Assembly: GCF_002113885.1 (NCBI RefSeq)
Contig: NW_018408657.1
Span: forward strand, 245,861-308,670
From: Mizuhopecten yessoensis
Lineage: Eukaryota
Length of the DNA: 62,810 nucleotides
Reading direction: 5' to 3'
Under the pieces are notes generated by a model. That model saw only the letters and a program-made list of their open reading frames with translations, had not been told where the DNA came from and made no database searches. A program made the position numbers and the translations under genes. Shown piece by piece: positions 1 to 39,970 of the stretch; within the stretch, counting starts at the first letter, position 1; every line of letters begins with the position of its first letter.

Positions 1-314
1 TAATAACTTGATTGGAATTATAACCTTGAATTGACAGTTTGATACTTTGAAAATTTTGAGCCAGCCCTACCCCCAAGGGCTGTAGGGTGGGGCTCAAAGG
101 AGTCAGTGTGCTAAAATTTCTTCATTTTCCTTGTTAAGAATCAGAGGTGCTAGTTTCAAATCCTTTTTAGTCTGAAATCTGTATGCTAGATATTGAGTAA
201 GGTGGTTTTATTGTTTTTTGTCACTTTGAATAATATTTCTGTTCATGTTAAAAACAAAATCAACTCTCTGTATAAATATATCAGGTGACCGTTAAGGCCC
301 ATGGGCCTCTTGTT
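1..314 (+). mobile_element. 3' end of a Helentron-type non-autonomous (HINE-like) element, truncated by the window edge
   Basis: caggtgaccg subterminal motif, ggcccatgggcc hairpin and tcttgtt end (281-314), the same end architecture as other copies in the window. Confidence 0.55.
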
Positions 315-771
315 ATCACTATTTCTCGGGAAGTACATAAGGGATCTTTCTTAGATTTGATATGTAGGTTACCTTTGGTCTCTTGTTGTGCACGTTTTAT
401 TTTGAGACGGTCCCGATAAAACAAAATGGCCGGCAGGTGGCCATCTTTGATTTTGACAATGAATGTTTGCTTTAAAGGATCTTTGACATCAATCACAATC
501 TGCTAAAATGCATTAATGAGCAAACATTTCTCAGTATTATTACATTATTTCCAATTCTTGCCATTTGCACTCTGCAGATAAAAATGTTGACAATGAACAT
601 TCACAGAACAGTTTTATAGTTTCTTTGACCCATGTTACATTATCTATTTATATGTAAGTCATATTCATAACAATTTTTGTACTGTTTTTCAGGTTATATG
701 AGCAACATGTCAACAAACAAGACAGTCAGACATTCTTACAGCATGGAATAGAATGAAAAAAGAAAACAACA

Positions 772-26483
<25,712 letters not shown>

Positions 26484-26865
26484 CAAACACTACTCAGCAT
26501 TATGTAAGGGTTGGTGGGGATGTGTGAGAACCTCGGCGACAGATTTAACACACTAATGTTGACACTGGTGCATTTGTATTCATAGTTTTGGACAAGATTT
26601 CACCAACTTCTCTTGACACTCTCACACAACTAAGGAAATTGATCATTACACACGAAGTGGATCAATAATGAAGACAAATGTCCAAAATAACAAAGTTCAA
26701 ATATTGCAGAAGTGGAAATTTTTGTTTTATGGGAATAGCTACCTTTTTAGCTTTGAGTAAATTCGCACAAAAATATTCACATCCAATGTAGATATATAGA
26801 GTATATAGATCTCAGGACCGGTGCCAACATGAACATTTCCACACTGCCAACAGTTTTAAGAGTTG

Positions 26866-27828
26866 CAGCACTGCTGTCATATCTCACAGTATACTGCTGT
26901 CATATCTCTCAGTATACTGCTGTCATATCTCTCAGTATACTGCTGTCATATCTCTCAGTATACTGTTATCATATCTCTCAGTATACTGCTGTCATATATC
27001 TCAGTATACTGTTGTCATATCTCACAGTATACTGCTATCATATCTCACAGTATACTGCTGACATATCTCACAGTATACTGCTGTCATATCTCTCAGTATA
27101 CTGTTGTCATATACTGTGAGATATGACAGCGGTATACTGTGAGATATGACAGAAGTATACTGAGAGATATGACAGCAGTATGCTGTGAGATATGACAACA
27201 GTATATTGAGATATATGACAGCAGTATACTGTTGTCATATCTATCAGTATACTGCTGTCATATCTCTAAGTATACTGCTGTCATATCTCTAAGTATACTG
27301 CTGTCATATCTCTTAGTATACTGCTGTCATATCTCTAAGTATACTGCTGTCATATCTCTTAGTATACTGCTGTCATATATCTCAGTATTCTGTTGTCATA
27401 TCCCTCAGTATACTGCTGTCATATCTGACAGTATACTGCTGTCATATCCCACAGTATACTGCTGTCATATCCCACAGTATACTGCTGTCATATCCCACAG
27501 TATACTGCTGTCATATCTGACAGTATACTGCTGTCATATCTCTAAGTATACTGCTGTCATATCTCTAAGTATACTGCTGTCATATCTCTTAGTATACTGC
27601 TGTCATATCTCTAAGTATACTGCTGTCATATCTCTAAGTATACTGCTGTCATATCTCTTAGTATACTGCTGTCATATCTCTAAGTATACTGCTGTCATAT
27701 CTCCCAGTATACTGCTGTCATATCTGACAGTATACTGCTGTCATATCTGACGGTATACTGCTGTCATATCTCACCGTATACTGTTGTCATATCTCTCAGT
27801 ATACTGCTGTCATATATCTCAGTACTGT
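26866..27828. repeat. 22-bp minisatellite (cagtatactgctgtcatatctc/t) with an internal inverted block at ~27109-27231
   Basis: Read directly; lies ~380 bp downstream of the BACE stop (probable 3' UTR). Confidence 0.95.
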
Positions 27829-27956
27829 AGGTTTCCATGAAGCAGACGGGTCAGGGTCATGATTCTATTGACAAAAAAGCTATTATTTCTGCTACATAAA
27901 TTATTCGATTGCCACAAATTTTTCACTTTGTCCAATAAAAAGATATGTTAAAAACA

Positions 27957-28110
27957 GAATAAGATTGAATCTGCGCTGATTGTCAGTCGAGTTGTGTGCT
28001 CTCTCTGAAATAAGATTGAATCTGCGCTGATTGTCAGTCGAGTTGTGTGCTAGTTTATGTTGCCGGTTTTAACAAATGGTTGTGTGCTCTCTCTGAAATA
28101 AGATTGAATA
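27957..28110. repeat. Local direct duplications (aataagattgaatctgcgctgattgtcagtcgagttgtgtgct x2 plus a partial copy)
   Basis: Visible directly. Confidence 0.8.
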
Positions 28111-28779
28111 TGGAACTAACTACGACAGCATAGTTTGTTTTTGTGGGAAAATTTCAACGTTTTTTTTTCAGAATATTTTACACTTGTAATTTGAAAACTG
28201 TTAGTTGTAAATATATGAAGTCTTTTATCAAACTTTTAAATAATCACTTTATACTCCATTGTGGTTAATTAGAATTGATCTCACTCTCATTAGTGAAAAG
28301 TATCGTACAAGTACATCACACATGGATACATGTCACTAAGGCTATAACTCGAGTGAAATATATCCATTTGTGCGATAAACGAGTACAATCTGTGATGTCA
28401 GATCACCACAAATGATTTTATTACAAACCTTCAAGTGTTCTTACATGTGTAGGATTTTTTTGAAGTTCTAATCAAATCCTGTTCTTCCCCTAAACTTTAA
28501 CCAAACAACAATGACAAACAAAAATGACATCAAGGATGACTTTACGACATCATGTTACAACAGATTAAAAGTTTTGGGAAAATGTTCAGAACCAGTTATT
28601 GTTTCAATTTTTCAATTTGGTCAGTGGATAATAACAAATGTGTTCCAGCCAAAAGGAGTTCTAACCACTGGAGTTATACAAAATCTTGTTTCGCTATGGT
28701 AAGATCAGACTGATCAGGTATGTAATGATTATGGTTACCAACTCATTCACTGAGAAATCGTTGTCTTTTCTAATACACC

Positions 28780-28895
28780 AACATACCCTGCCTCCTACAC
28801 AAACACGCTAGCATGCATACACAACAACCATGGAGCTGATGTCCTTAAATGACCTCAGCTGTTGATAGAACGTTAAACAAATTAAACCAAACCAT
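28780..28895 (+). mobile_element. Possible SINE 3' remnant
   Basis: ccttaaatgacctcagctgttgatagaacgttaaacaaattaaaccaaacc resembles mollusc SINE tails (recall only). Confidence 0.35.
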
Positions 28896-29188
28896 CTAAC
28901 CATGAAATCTTACTGGAACAATCAGATGTGATAATTTACTTGATGAATGTTGAGTCTAACAATGTTTTAGCGAGACTTAATACTAGGTATTCTCCCAACA
29001 TGGTATTAGATGGGGCTTCTCACCTGTAAAATTCTTATATCAACAAGCTTATACTTAGCATTAGGAATACCGGTTGCATCAGTGCTGAGGTTCAAGTCTG
29101 ACCAGACTTTCTGTAGAATGCCTCCTCTATATTTCAAAACATTTACCCTATATTCACCACTTACATAACATCTGTAAGTCAATGTCAC

Positions 29189-29445
29189 CCTGTCTCCATG
29201 TAATACCAGAGAATGTCTACATGTACCAGTAATACCAGAGACTGTCTCCCTGTCTATGTTTAGTACCAGAGAATGTCTCCCTGTCTATGTGTAGTACCAG
29301 AGAATGTCTCCCTGTCTATGTGTAGTACCAGAGAATGTCTCCCTGTCTATGTGTAGTACCAGAGACTGTCTCCCTGTCTATGTGTAGTACCAGAGACTGT
29401 CTCCCTGTCTACACGTATTACCAGAGAATGTCTACATGTAGTACC
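29189..29445. repeat. 31-bp minisatellite (gtagtaccagagaatgtctccctgtctatgt), about 8 copies
   Basis: Visible directly. Confidence 0.9.
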
Positions 29446-30971
29446 TAGTACCTATAAGTTATTAGTGTAATATAAAGTGTACAGTAGGTTTTGTGAAAAC
29501 AACTTCTGTGAGAATTCTATGATTGTGAAAGTTTTAACAGTAGATGTTGAATGTGACTCAGTGTGACCGGTGTGAGAGAGATTGTTACTTTGTCGTATGA
29601 TAAAGATGATGAGTATAATGTTAATTATGTGCATACATGTTTATGAATATTTATTTTGCTTTATCAACTTTCTGGTAGATGTAGATTGGTGCTGGCATCA
29701 AACTCCAGTTTCTCATTAGTTTTACTGGTTTATCAATTATATTTTAGCACTGTAAGTCACAAAGGCTTTTAAAAAGGTTTAACTCACAAGGACTTGTAAT
29801 GTAGACAATGATACAGTGACAGAAATCTACCCGGTAATAGCAAATACAAAGTACTGTGTTTTACATTTCTTATCAATGAACATCATATGTAACCTTTGAG
29901 ACTTTTTATCGTAGTTTAAAATGAAGATCTTATTTTATGTTGAAAACAGCAATTATTGAGCAACAGATCAACTTATAACAAAGGGTTAGTGGCATTATAC
30001 TTTGGTATGTTATATAGACCAGCTTATTTTTTTCTGATAAATATTTATGCTAAGTTTGAGGGCTGGCTGGGTCAAAGTTAACATAGGCTATAATAGATAA
30101 AACAATTGAATCTTAAGCTTCATAAGCGCAGGGATCCTGATACTTGGCCAGTAGGTACATTTGTTTGAATGTTTTAAACTTCCTTATATAAATGACCTTG
30201 GCCTAATTTCAATGTCACAGGGGATAGATATGTTAATCCTTTATACAGCATTACCTAACATCACGAGGGTTTGAGGCAGGGTAATATGTAGACCAGGAGT
30301 TCAAACGTTTTTATTAGCCCTTATGTTACACCTTGGAATTGTTTGAGACATGCTAATAAATCTACACAGCCATGCTGCAAGGAATAGCCCTGGATCTGGC
30401 TCTATCCCTATGAAGCACCCTAGGCCTTGGGACCAGAAAGACAGAGACTAAAATTCGGAAATATTGGTCTTTTTACTTTAAATGAGAATCTTTCGTCATG
30501 ATTGCTTAGATAGGTGAGTGGTAATCCCTGTAGGCCTCTTGGGTTACAGCAGTAACGCTACGTAAATGAAAATCATATTAAAAAATAAGGGATATTTAAT
30601 GTAAGAAAATGTGAAGGTTTCACATAACAGCTTTAATGAAATAAAGTTAACATCACCTTAACATGTACATCATTGTTTTTTATGTGAATGAACAAACATT
30701 TTTGTCATCTGGTAGAAACACTCTAATTCTAATGAAATCCATCAGCAGACAGATCGTTACTGGACCATGGTGTAGCGTTTCTCCAAATCCATCACAGTCA
30801 TGTTAGGACTGAGAAGTTGAAGGTCGTTGGGGGAGTTCGCTTGCTGGCTCTACTAAGACTATCTTTTCACCTGGAACCTTAATTCTTACATTGATGATAA
30901 CCAACGGGGTGGTGAGAGGCGCACGAGGTTCAGAAAATATAGACAATATCTTAGCCACTCAGAATCAGTGA

Positions 30972-31435
30972 TACTTATCTTACACTAGAACTGTCTAACA
31001 AAATACAATGGACTTATCTATTACTAGAACTGTCTAACAAAATACAATGGACTTATCTATTACTAGAACTGGCTAACACAATACAAGGGACTTATCTATT
31101 ACTAGAACTGGCTAACACAATACAAGGGACTTATCTATTACTAGAACTGGCTAACACAATACAAGGGACCTATCTATTACTAGAACTGGCTAACAAAATA
31201 CAATGGAATTATCTATTACTAGAACTGGCTAACACAATACAAGGGACTTATCTATTACTAGAACTGGCTAACACAATACAAGGGACTTATCTATTACTAG
31301 AACTGGCTAACACAATACAAGGGACTTATCTATTACTAGAACTGGCTAACACAATACAATGGACTTATCTATTAGAACTGGCTAACACAATACAATGGAC
31401 TTATCTATTAGAACTGGCTAACACAATACAATGGA
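30972..31435. repeat. 39-bp minisatellite (acttatctattactagaactggctaacacaatacaaggg), about 12 copies
   Basis: Visible directly. Confidence 0.92.
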
Positions 31436-31559
31436 AATATCTTCCTCTAGGACTAGTTAACCAAATGCAAGGATTTGATCAGCTTATAGAGTGGGTCTTT
31501 TGTACCATGTATGGTTAGGCTAAAAACTGGTTCAGGTTCCCTGACCAACCCTCGTTTTT

Positions 31560-33120
31560 ACCTCAACCCTAATAATTGTATCCCACTCGAAAGTGCCTTT
31601 ATGACCCCAGTAGGTTTGTCAAGCTTTGCCAAAGTGACGGATCAAATCCAGGTCTATCATGTTTGCAAAATATCATGAGAAATGAGAAAAAGCATCACAG
31701 CCATCGCCTGTCCAGCATTGTTATCAGGTACAGTTTTGCCCAACTTCATGGGACACCGGGAAAATGGACAAAGTCGATTTAAGAAAACAAAAACACGGAC
31801 GGTCCAGGTTCGAAATTCCTTGACCTCATGTAAGGTATTACTATCTATATCCATCTCTCGTACTGTAGGGATTTGAACAAATGATCAACATATAAATCAC
31901 ACCTCCGACTCCAGTGTTGGGATAATTATTTCAGCGGATGCAAAAACAATAAAAATAACCAAAAATATAAAAGCAAAACATACTTAACATGACCCAAATA
32001 CAGTGTAAACTTATCTCTCCTCCTACTTTTATGTATAAGTAAACTCCCCACACCCATGTCCCAGATAAGATCGGCAAGATAATTGCCTTCAGGGGCTTAA
32101 GTTGAGATTCAGCTTTGATCAAGTGACAACTAGAATGGCTGGAATAGTAAGAAAGGGAAACAAGAGGAGTCCAGTCGGATATACATGTACCAGCCAACCG
32201 AGGGTCCGTGGGCGACCTAACACATGTACCAGCCAACCGAGGGTCCGTGGACGACCTACCTTGCGTGAATAAAGGCAGTTTCATAGGCGCAGATGAGGTT
32301 CAAACATACGATATCCAGATGTACGGTCATCAAGAAGGGAAGGGTAACATCCTAGTTTTAAGCTGAAAGTCCAAGGAGAAGAAATACCATCAACTGTAGA
32401 CAATCCAGTAAAAAGCCTCGAGATATTACAAACCGTCTGGAGACGCTGACAACAAAAAGAATGTTGAGCTGGGTTGACAGAATGGGTAAATAGATTGGAC
32501 AAGACTGGATTCCATGTAAAGTTGAAGACATAGATCTACCAGCAAGTCTTCTACACAGGGTAATGTTGCCAGTTATGCTATACGAGTTTCCAATGACAAC
32601 GGTTTAAAAGATGGAGCGAAGAATCAAAGAACATCCTTAAAGTTAGTCTGGCGCCACTAAGGGGGTAGCGTCCATTCGTTTATACAGTCGCAAATCAGAG
32701 CTTCAGTTGTCCTTATTATCACTGCTTGAGGAGTTGAAAGTGGCGAGGAGCTGAATTGTGATGACCGTGAGAGATTCCCAGGATGAGAAAGTACGAAGAG
32801 CAGCGGTGGTTACGAGAAATGGTCAGCCAGTAACGCCATCAAGGGAGCAGAAGACATGTGACGTCATTGGCAATGTATACAGCAGCAAACAAGAGTTATG
32901 CAACAGCGCTAAATTCACGGAGTGGAGTAAAGCAGGAACCAAAGAGACGAGCGACTTTGTGTAAGGAGGGGTCAGAGGAGGAGTAAACACGGGAGTCTGA
33001 GCGTATCATCGGGCCAAAAGGGGAACATGGACACGCGATGCCACGTGTCAGAGAGCCGGTTGACATGTCAGGAAATATAGAGAATGGAATAAAGCTGCTT
33101 TACAACGAGGTAGATATCAG
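31560..33120 (-). mobile_element. Heavily degenerate retroelement-like remnant (Cys-rich segment and RNase H-like fragments)
   Basis: Broken minus-strand frames give HSFCCQR..TV and DNNAGQAMAV...SLWQSLTNLL...GTFEW; weak resemblance only. Confidence 0.3.
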
Positions 33121-33159
33121 TGGCAATACGACAACTATATAGCAGATACGTCAGAGAAG

Positions 33160-33830
33160 GAGAGAAAACGGCACAGACCGAAATCAAGGAAGTAGTTTAT
33201 TCCGTTCGTCCCGGCGGGGAAAAACGAGGCCAACCACAACACAGACAATTAACTGGCCTCTTAGATGAAGTATTAGCAGAAGTGCAACACGACCTGGAGA
33301 AAATAATGGTTTTCTGATCAATCGTCCAGACTACCCTTAAGTCTGAGGCAGTACTGTGGTCAACCCAGCAGAAGTCCATCGTTCTTATAGAGCTGACCGT
33401 TCCTTGGGGGAAAGGCTGTGAGGAAGAACGTCAGCGCACAAGAAGAGATCTAAGTACCTGGCCCACGTGTATAAAACATCTCAACTCTTGAGATTTCCTC
33501 AAGTCTAAGATTTCCCATAGACAATACACTGCTTGAGGTTTTCCTTAACTTTGTGATGTTTTATACAAGTGGGCCCAAGGACTGTTTGAGATGTGCAGAC
33601 AACGGGGCTGGAAAGCATCTCTGTTCCCTGTAGAAGTTGGATGTCGGGAATTCCCAGCATAGACGGACTGTATGGAGACTTTTCAAGAGCATTTGTACCC
33701 GAGAAACCAAAAAGGAGTGGTAGTAGGCAGTCTCGGCAAACAGGCAGATACTGCTTCTTAATGACTTTGGCACGGCAGAGAAGACAGAGAATGGAACCAT
33801 ACAGTGACCGATATCGATCACTACTATGGA
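33160..33830 (+). mobile_element. 3' remnant of a restriction-like-endonuclease non-LTR element (HERO/NeSL-like)
   Basis: IVQTTLKSEAVLWS...IVLIELTVPW..GCEE and KY...CRQRGWKASLFPVEVGCR, the RLE PD-(D/E)xK region signature; frames are broken. Confidence 0.7.
33460..33576. mobile_element. Small MITE inserted in the HERO-like remnant
   Basis: TIRs ggcccacgtgtataaaacatc / gatgttttatacaagtgggcc (20 of 21 match); interrupts the KYQ codons. GGCCC ends suggest PIF/Harbinger. Confidence 0.75.
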
Positions 33831-33994
33831 CCCACCAACTTGACGGTGTGGTGGTTAGAGGATAGATGTCGCAGAGTCGTACTCGGAGCCAAACGTGGGA
33901 ACCACGTCAGATAGATAGGGCCTGAAATATCTATAACAAGAGACCATGAGCTGTAATTAAGTCATGGAACGCCATAAAAATATCTTTGTTCCTA

Positions 33995-35136
33995 GATTGG
34001 TGCTGTTCTGTACAGTTTGTTGCGGTTCTGTACAGTTTGGCGTGGTTTTCTACAGTTTGTTGTGGTTCTGTACAGTTTGGCGTGGTTCTGTACATACTGG
34101 TGTGGTTCTGTACAGTTTGGCGTGGTTCTGTACAGTTTGGCGTGGTTTTGTACAGTTTGATGCGGTTCTGTACAGTTTGGCGTGGTTCTGTACAGTTTGG
34201 CGTGTTTTTGTACAGTTTGATGCGGTTCTGTACAGTTTGGTATGGTTCTGTACTGTTTGGCGTGGTTCTGTACAGATTGGTGTGGTTCTGTACAGATTGG
34301 TGTGGTTCTGTACAGATTGGTGTGGTTCTGTACAGTTTGGTGTGGTTCTCTACAGTTTGGTGTGGTTGTGTACAGTTTGGCGTGGTTCTGTACAGTTTGT
34401 TGCGGTTCTGTACATATTGGTGTGGTTCTGTACAGTTTGGCGTGGTTCTTTACAGTTTGGCGTGGTTCTCTACAGTTTGGTGTCGTTTTGTACAGTTTGG
34501 CGTGGTTCTGTACAGTTTGTTGCAGTTCTGTACAGTTTGGCGTGGTTTTGTACAGTTTGGTGCGGTTCTGTACAGTTTGTTGCGGTTCTGTACATATTGG
34601 AGTGGTTCTGTACAGTTTGGCGTGGTTCTGTACATATTGGTGTGGTTCCGTACAGTTTGGCGTGGTTCTGTACAGTTTGGCGTGATTCTCTACAGTTTGG
34701 TGTGGTTTTGTACAGTTTGGTGTGGTTCTGTACAGTTTGTTGCGGTTCTGTACATATTGGAGTGGTTCTGTACAGTTTGGCGTGGTTCTGTACAGTTTGT
34801 TGCGGTTCTGCACAGTTTGGCGTGGTTTTCTACAGTTTGTTGTGGTTCTGTCCAGTTTGTTGCGGTTCTGTACATATTGGTGTGGTTCTGTACAGTTTGG
34901 CGTGGCTCTGTACAGTTTGGCGTGGTTTTGTACAGTTTGTTGCGGTTCTGTCCAGTTTGATGCGGTTCTGTACAGTTTGGTATGGTTCTGTACAGTTTGG
35001 TGTGGTTCTGTACAGATTGGTGTGGTTCTGTACAGATTGGTGTGGTTCTGTACAGTTTGGCGTGGTTCTGTACAGTTTGGCGTGGTTTTGTACAGTTTGA
35101 TGCGGTTCTGTACAGTTTGATGCGGTTTTGTACAGT
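33995..35136. repeat. 20-bp minisatellite (ttctgtacagtttggcgtgg), about 57 copies
   Basis: Exact 20-bp register across the whole array. Confidence 0.97.
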
Positions 35137-35369
35137 AACAACTTACAAGCTCTTCTCCACGAATACAGCATATGAATTTCATTTACATCACGTGTCGTAC
35201 TATGTACACAGAGATAAATTTACAAAAATAGTAATATATATTTTGTGTCTAAATCAACTTTACCACAAAAAGTATAGGGGGATTGGAAGAGAAAGTAGAT
35301 GAAAAACGGGAAAGGAAATCGGGAGGGAGCAGATTCGGTGCCAATTGTAAAATGTTCGTTCAGGTAGTA

Positions 35370-38300
35370 TCAAAACGCTTTGTTGTATTCAAAAACGTCT
35401 GTACCGATTTAACTATATTGATGTTTGTTTCGTAGGAGTTAGTGTCACTATTTCCCCACAAAATAATTTCTAGATTAAAATCTACATTTTAATCGCTTAA
35501 GGTATCAAATAAGAAACGTCTTTGAAAAACAAAATTTGAACTTCCACACCGTCATCGCACAAACAATTTGAGGACCGACAAATTTCTACTCTAAATAAAT
35601 CTGACCGTAAACCACTACAACGATGCCTTATATACGGCCATGTAGAACAGAATGATAGCGATTTCCAGTATGCAGATAATCAGGCACAGATGGAGGTACA
35701 CGGAAATTTTACTCTTAAAAGTCTGAAGAGAAACACCGGATTTTATGTCATTATTTAAATTATTCCATTAATGTATAGACGACGGAACAAAATATTTTTT
35801 TGTAATGACAAGACGACAACGGGGTGCTAAATAAATGTCTGGGTTTCTTAACTCCCCGTTTAAATCACGTCTGCTTGTTGGGATTAGGTGTTATATGTAA
35901 GCTGGGGCCGTTTATTGTGAATATTATAAACAGTACATAGCTTCCGATCTTCTCATTTCTGTTTAAGTGATTTCCAGCCAGTTTCTAAATATAATGCCTC
36001 GCGTGAAGCAATGGTCGTAAGACCGGAGATGACCCTAGATTCCTCCAATTGTACGTTTTCCAGGGAGTCGGACAAATGCTCGGAGCAGCCGTCCCAAACG
36101 CATTTAAGAAGCGTATTCTTGCACAGGTCGATTAAATGATATATATAGAGTATTAAGAGTAAAATTACTTACTTTGTATTTCATCTTTTTTTAAATCTGT
36201 AACTTTTTGAGTAGAAGATTTTATTAATTGGTTTACGTGGTCAGTCAATTTGAATGACGATGCAAGTCAGTGAACTCGATCGATTCATCGTTGCATACGA
36301 AGTTTGGTTTATTAGGGACATTTCTAGAAGAGAGAAAAGGATCGCTTCAGTATTTGCAGGATTAAATTTCATAAGCCATTAGACGGACCAGTTCTGAAGA
36401 CATAGTAAATCATGATTCAATGCTTGTTCAATTTCATAAAGATCGGAATAAGATTTCTGAAGAGATGAATCGTCCGCTAAAAGTCTGACAAAAGTTTCCA
36501 TGGGATCAGCGAGATCATTTATATAGAAGAGAAATAACACGAGCCCAAGTACAGAACCCTGAGGAACCCTTGCTGTAACTGGTTTTAATGATGAGACGCC
36601 ATTGCCATATATAACAGATTCTTGTCTGTTGCTTAAATAATTTGACACCCAAGATAGCAGTTCACCCCCTATGCCATACTGACGAAGTTTAAAGAGTAGA
36701 CCTCTATGCCAGACTTTGTCAAATGCCTTTGACAAGTCACAGAATACAATACAAGAATATCCGTTTCTATCAACAGCAGTGACAATGTAATGTATAGTAC
36801 AGTTCTATTAAATGGTAAACGGTGGAATGAACGGGAAGAAACCCAGAATGGTATTTATAAAAAATCATTCTCTCTTGCAAAGTTAAAAATATACTTAAAA
36901 ACACACCTTTCCACATTTTTGACAGACAGCTAAGTAAAGAAATAGGTCGATAGTTGGAAGGAAGTTGTGCATCTCCTTTTTTGAATAACGGCAAGACATG
37001 AGGGTTTTTTTCCATTCAGAAGGGAAAACAGCTTCTCTAATAGATCGATTACACAACATAGTGAGAGGCTGTGAAATTGTTCTGGCTGTAGCCTTCAGCA
37101 TACGGTGGCTGATCTTATCAGGGCCAACTGCCTTTCTAATATCTAGAATAGATAAAATATCAAAAACTTCATTTGCATGTATAACAATATCAGTGAGAGA
37201 GTTTTGACATTTTCTATGAAAATCAAGTAGAGTGACATTGGATTCGTCAGTACATGAAATTGGAACGAAATAATTATTTAGAACTTCGACTTTTTCTTAT
37301 CACAGTATGCCACTTTTGAACAGCCATTAATTGAGTAATCCAGAGGAGGAATATATCTGGCAGGTGAAGAGATTACTGAAAAAGTCAGCCTTAGCTTTCT
37401 TTTTCATATTATTAACTTTATTTCTTATGCTCTTATATTTTGACCAATCATCCGGGCGCTTTGAACTTAATGCTTTGTACTTCACGTATACGATAGTGTT
37501 TCGATAAGACAGTATCAAACCAAGGTTTATCTGAGAGGCGAACAATTATTTTAGAATTTGGGATACATTTACTAGCTAGTTCAAGGTATTTTGCTGTAAA
37601 GTTTTCTACTGCACAGTCAATAGAAGGGGCATTACAAATCAGGTCTTGCCAGTTTACTGCCATTATCAAATTATTAAATTTTAAATTGTCAGCTCTATTG
37701 TAGTTCCAAATAAGTCTTTCATAAGATGTCTTGCAACAATAAGAAAAAGATAAATTCATAAAAGATCTACGTCAAACATTCCGCTATCCAAACACTTTAT
37801 GTTGGTTGTAATAAATATGGGGTCAAGAAGTGTAGCTGTATCGGCAGTTACACGAGTAGCCTCTGTTATAGTGTTATATAGGTTATAGTTAGATGTTAAG
37901 ACCTCTAATTTGCTATTACAACGTTTGCAAATCGACATTAAAATCACCAAGAATAACTACATCAGAACAATAATCGCATACAGTTTCAATCGACCATTCA
38001 AAATTTTCATAAAATGTATTACTAGAGTTTGGAGGTCTATAAAATAAACCTATCATAATTCGTCTGTTGTGACACTTTACTTCCGCCCAAATACATTCGA
38101 GAGAAGCTGGTTCAAACTCACGTTTGCGTATGGCTCTGATAGTATCAGAGAAGTAAATAGTTATCCCTCCCCATGCGCATTTCTATCTTTACGCATCAAT
38201 AAAGAGTAACCGGGAATAGTTAGAGGTTCATCTTCAAGAGTCATCTATATATAGGTGTGTCTCTGTGAATCACAGGATATCAAAGTCACTTATAGTGTCA
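35370..38300 (-). mobile_element. Degenerate CR1-clade LINE ORF2 (APE endonuclease, RT, C-terminal region), with a gap at ~36130-36320
   Basis: NYRPISLLS, DLSKAFDKVWH, VPQGSVLG, LLADD, KPWF; C-terminal WDGC...LYLETGW and ...FLNTTKRF* at 35370-36130; many stops and frameshifts. Confidence 0.85.
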
Positions 38301-39899
38301 AGAAACGAAAAATTATTGAACTTTGGAGGAAGTAATGAACGAGCAGTTACTACCATGGATACCCTATATGTTTCCAGAGAATTACCCATTTTCTCGTACA
38401 AAATACCAAAAAGCACATTAAGTAATGGGCATCCTCAGAATACATTGGACACCGTGAACAGTCCCTGGGATAGAGGGTAAGGTCATATATTTACACATTG
38501 GTGAACTTTAAACAGACGTATGAAAGTATTTCATATATAACAAAGAGGTTCAATAATACAACATTCAGACCATGATTTGTATTTGACAAACAACATATTT
38601 AAAACATTTAAGCACATACATCTTCAACATGCACAATTACACTTGTCACAGCACACAATCATTCGCACTAACGGAATATTTCTTGTGCACTCTCATACAC
38701 ACCATCGCGCCCCGAAAAGACCTGTCATATACGAAAAGAAAAAAAATGCACGCTAATTAGCGATATTATACATTGATTTTTACGGGGTAGAAGCCTCGCC
38801 CAATCGCCGTTTAGTTCGCCTCGAATTAAACAAACGTTGTTTCTCGTCGTTTTGTATCTTATACGTCGTCTTTGTCTTATCATGACAAACGAACGAGGCT
38901 TAATCATACTTATTCTTGGTTTTATTTTCGGGACAAAAAGACGAAATAACGAAATGGCACAAATCAGCCTCATATTTGGCTGTAATCATTTTCACACATA
39001 TATTTTTTGGGGGTCTGCCTCTTCAAACTTTGGCGACAGCAAACACATGAAACTAGTTCAGTGTGATTGCATTGCATATGGTAAATTGTTTTATATAAGT
39101 TTACATCAAAATTCATGTAAAACCAAGCATCTATAGCCTGGCCCAGAAGTAATATATAAGGATAGATCTATTGTGATAGCTGGTACCATTCAATTTTTTT
39201 TAAATGTCGCATGCATCTTCATTTTTATACGAGATTTGCTTCTTGTTACTATATACTAGAACTATGTTTTGTGACAATCGCATTTTTTCAACGAACTCAT
39301 ATTTATGAAGAATTGTTATAACTAGAAAGACACTCGTTATTTCAAAAGTATAAGGGAGGGACAACCATGCTCCGCTGATGTACTTAATTATAAACGAATG
39401 GCCAAATCAGCTCACAGTCGAACCTATAATTCCGTGCTTTCTAATACAAAGATTATTTAGAAACATTTTCTTTATGAAAAGGATGTCTTGTGGATTTCAT
39501 GATGACACGGAATTAGATTATCTATTTAAGTCCACTTACCTGTTTATATTAGTTTAAACAGATTTTAATGTAATTTCTATACAATGGGAGTTAGGCACAA
39601 ATTTATCAGAATGTTAAAGGTTTATTTAGATAGGCTAGCTTTTAGCTCTGATATATAAGGCTCAATTAATATAAGTGATCAAAATGAGTGGAGTTTTTTT
39701 CTAAATAATTCAATGTTCTAGAGTACGGGACCAGTCTAATCCCTAGAGGCAATTCAAATTAACCCTTGAAAATGACAGAAATAAGCGGAGCACACAGTGA
39801 CACACGATTCAACTTTGCTAACAATATGATTGAAGAAATCTCCCTTCTGGAACCTCAAAATCGGAATTCTCGGAAATCTCTAGCTTTACTATCGAACGG

Positions 39900-39970
39900 T
39901 ATAGAGAAACATTCGGAATAACATCGGACACTGGATTTTTTTTTGGTGGATACAGATCTAGAGGGTGAGT
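39900..39970 (+). promoter_or_regulatory. Candidate 5' non-coding first exon and donor of SC5D
   Basis: agg|gtgagt donor at 39964/39965 in a CpG-richer stretch; the ATG exon has its own acceptor at 41597, so an upstream exon is expected. Confidence 0.35.
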
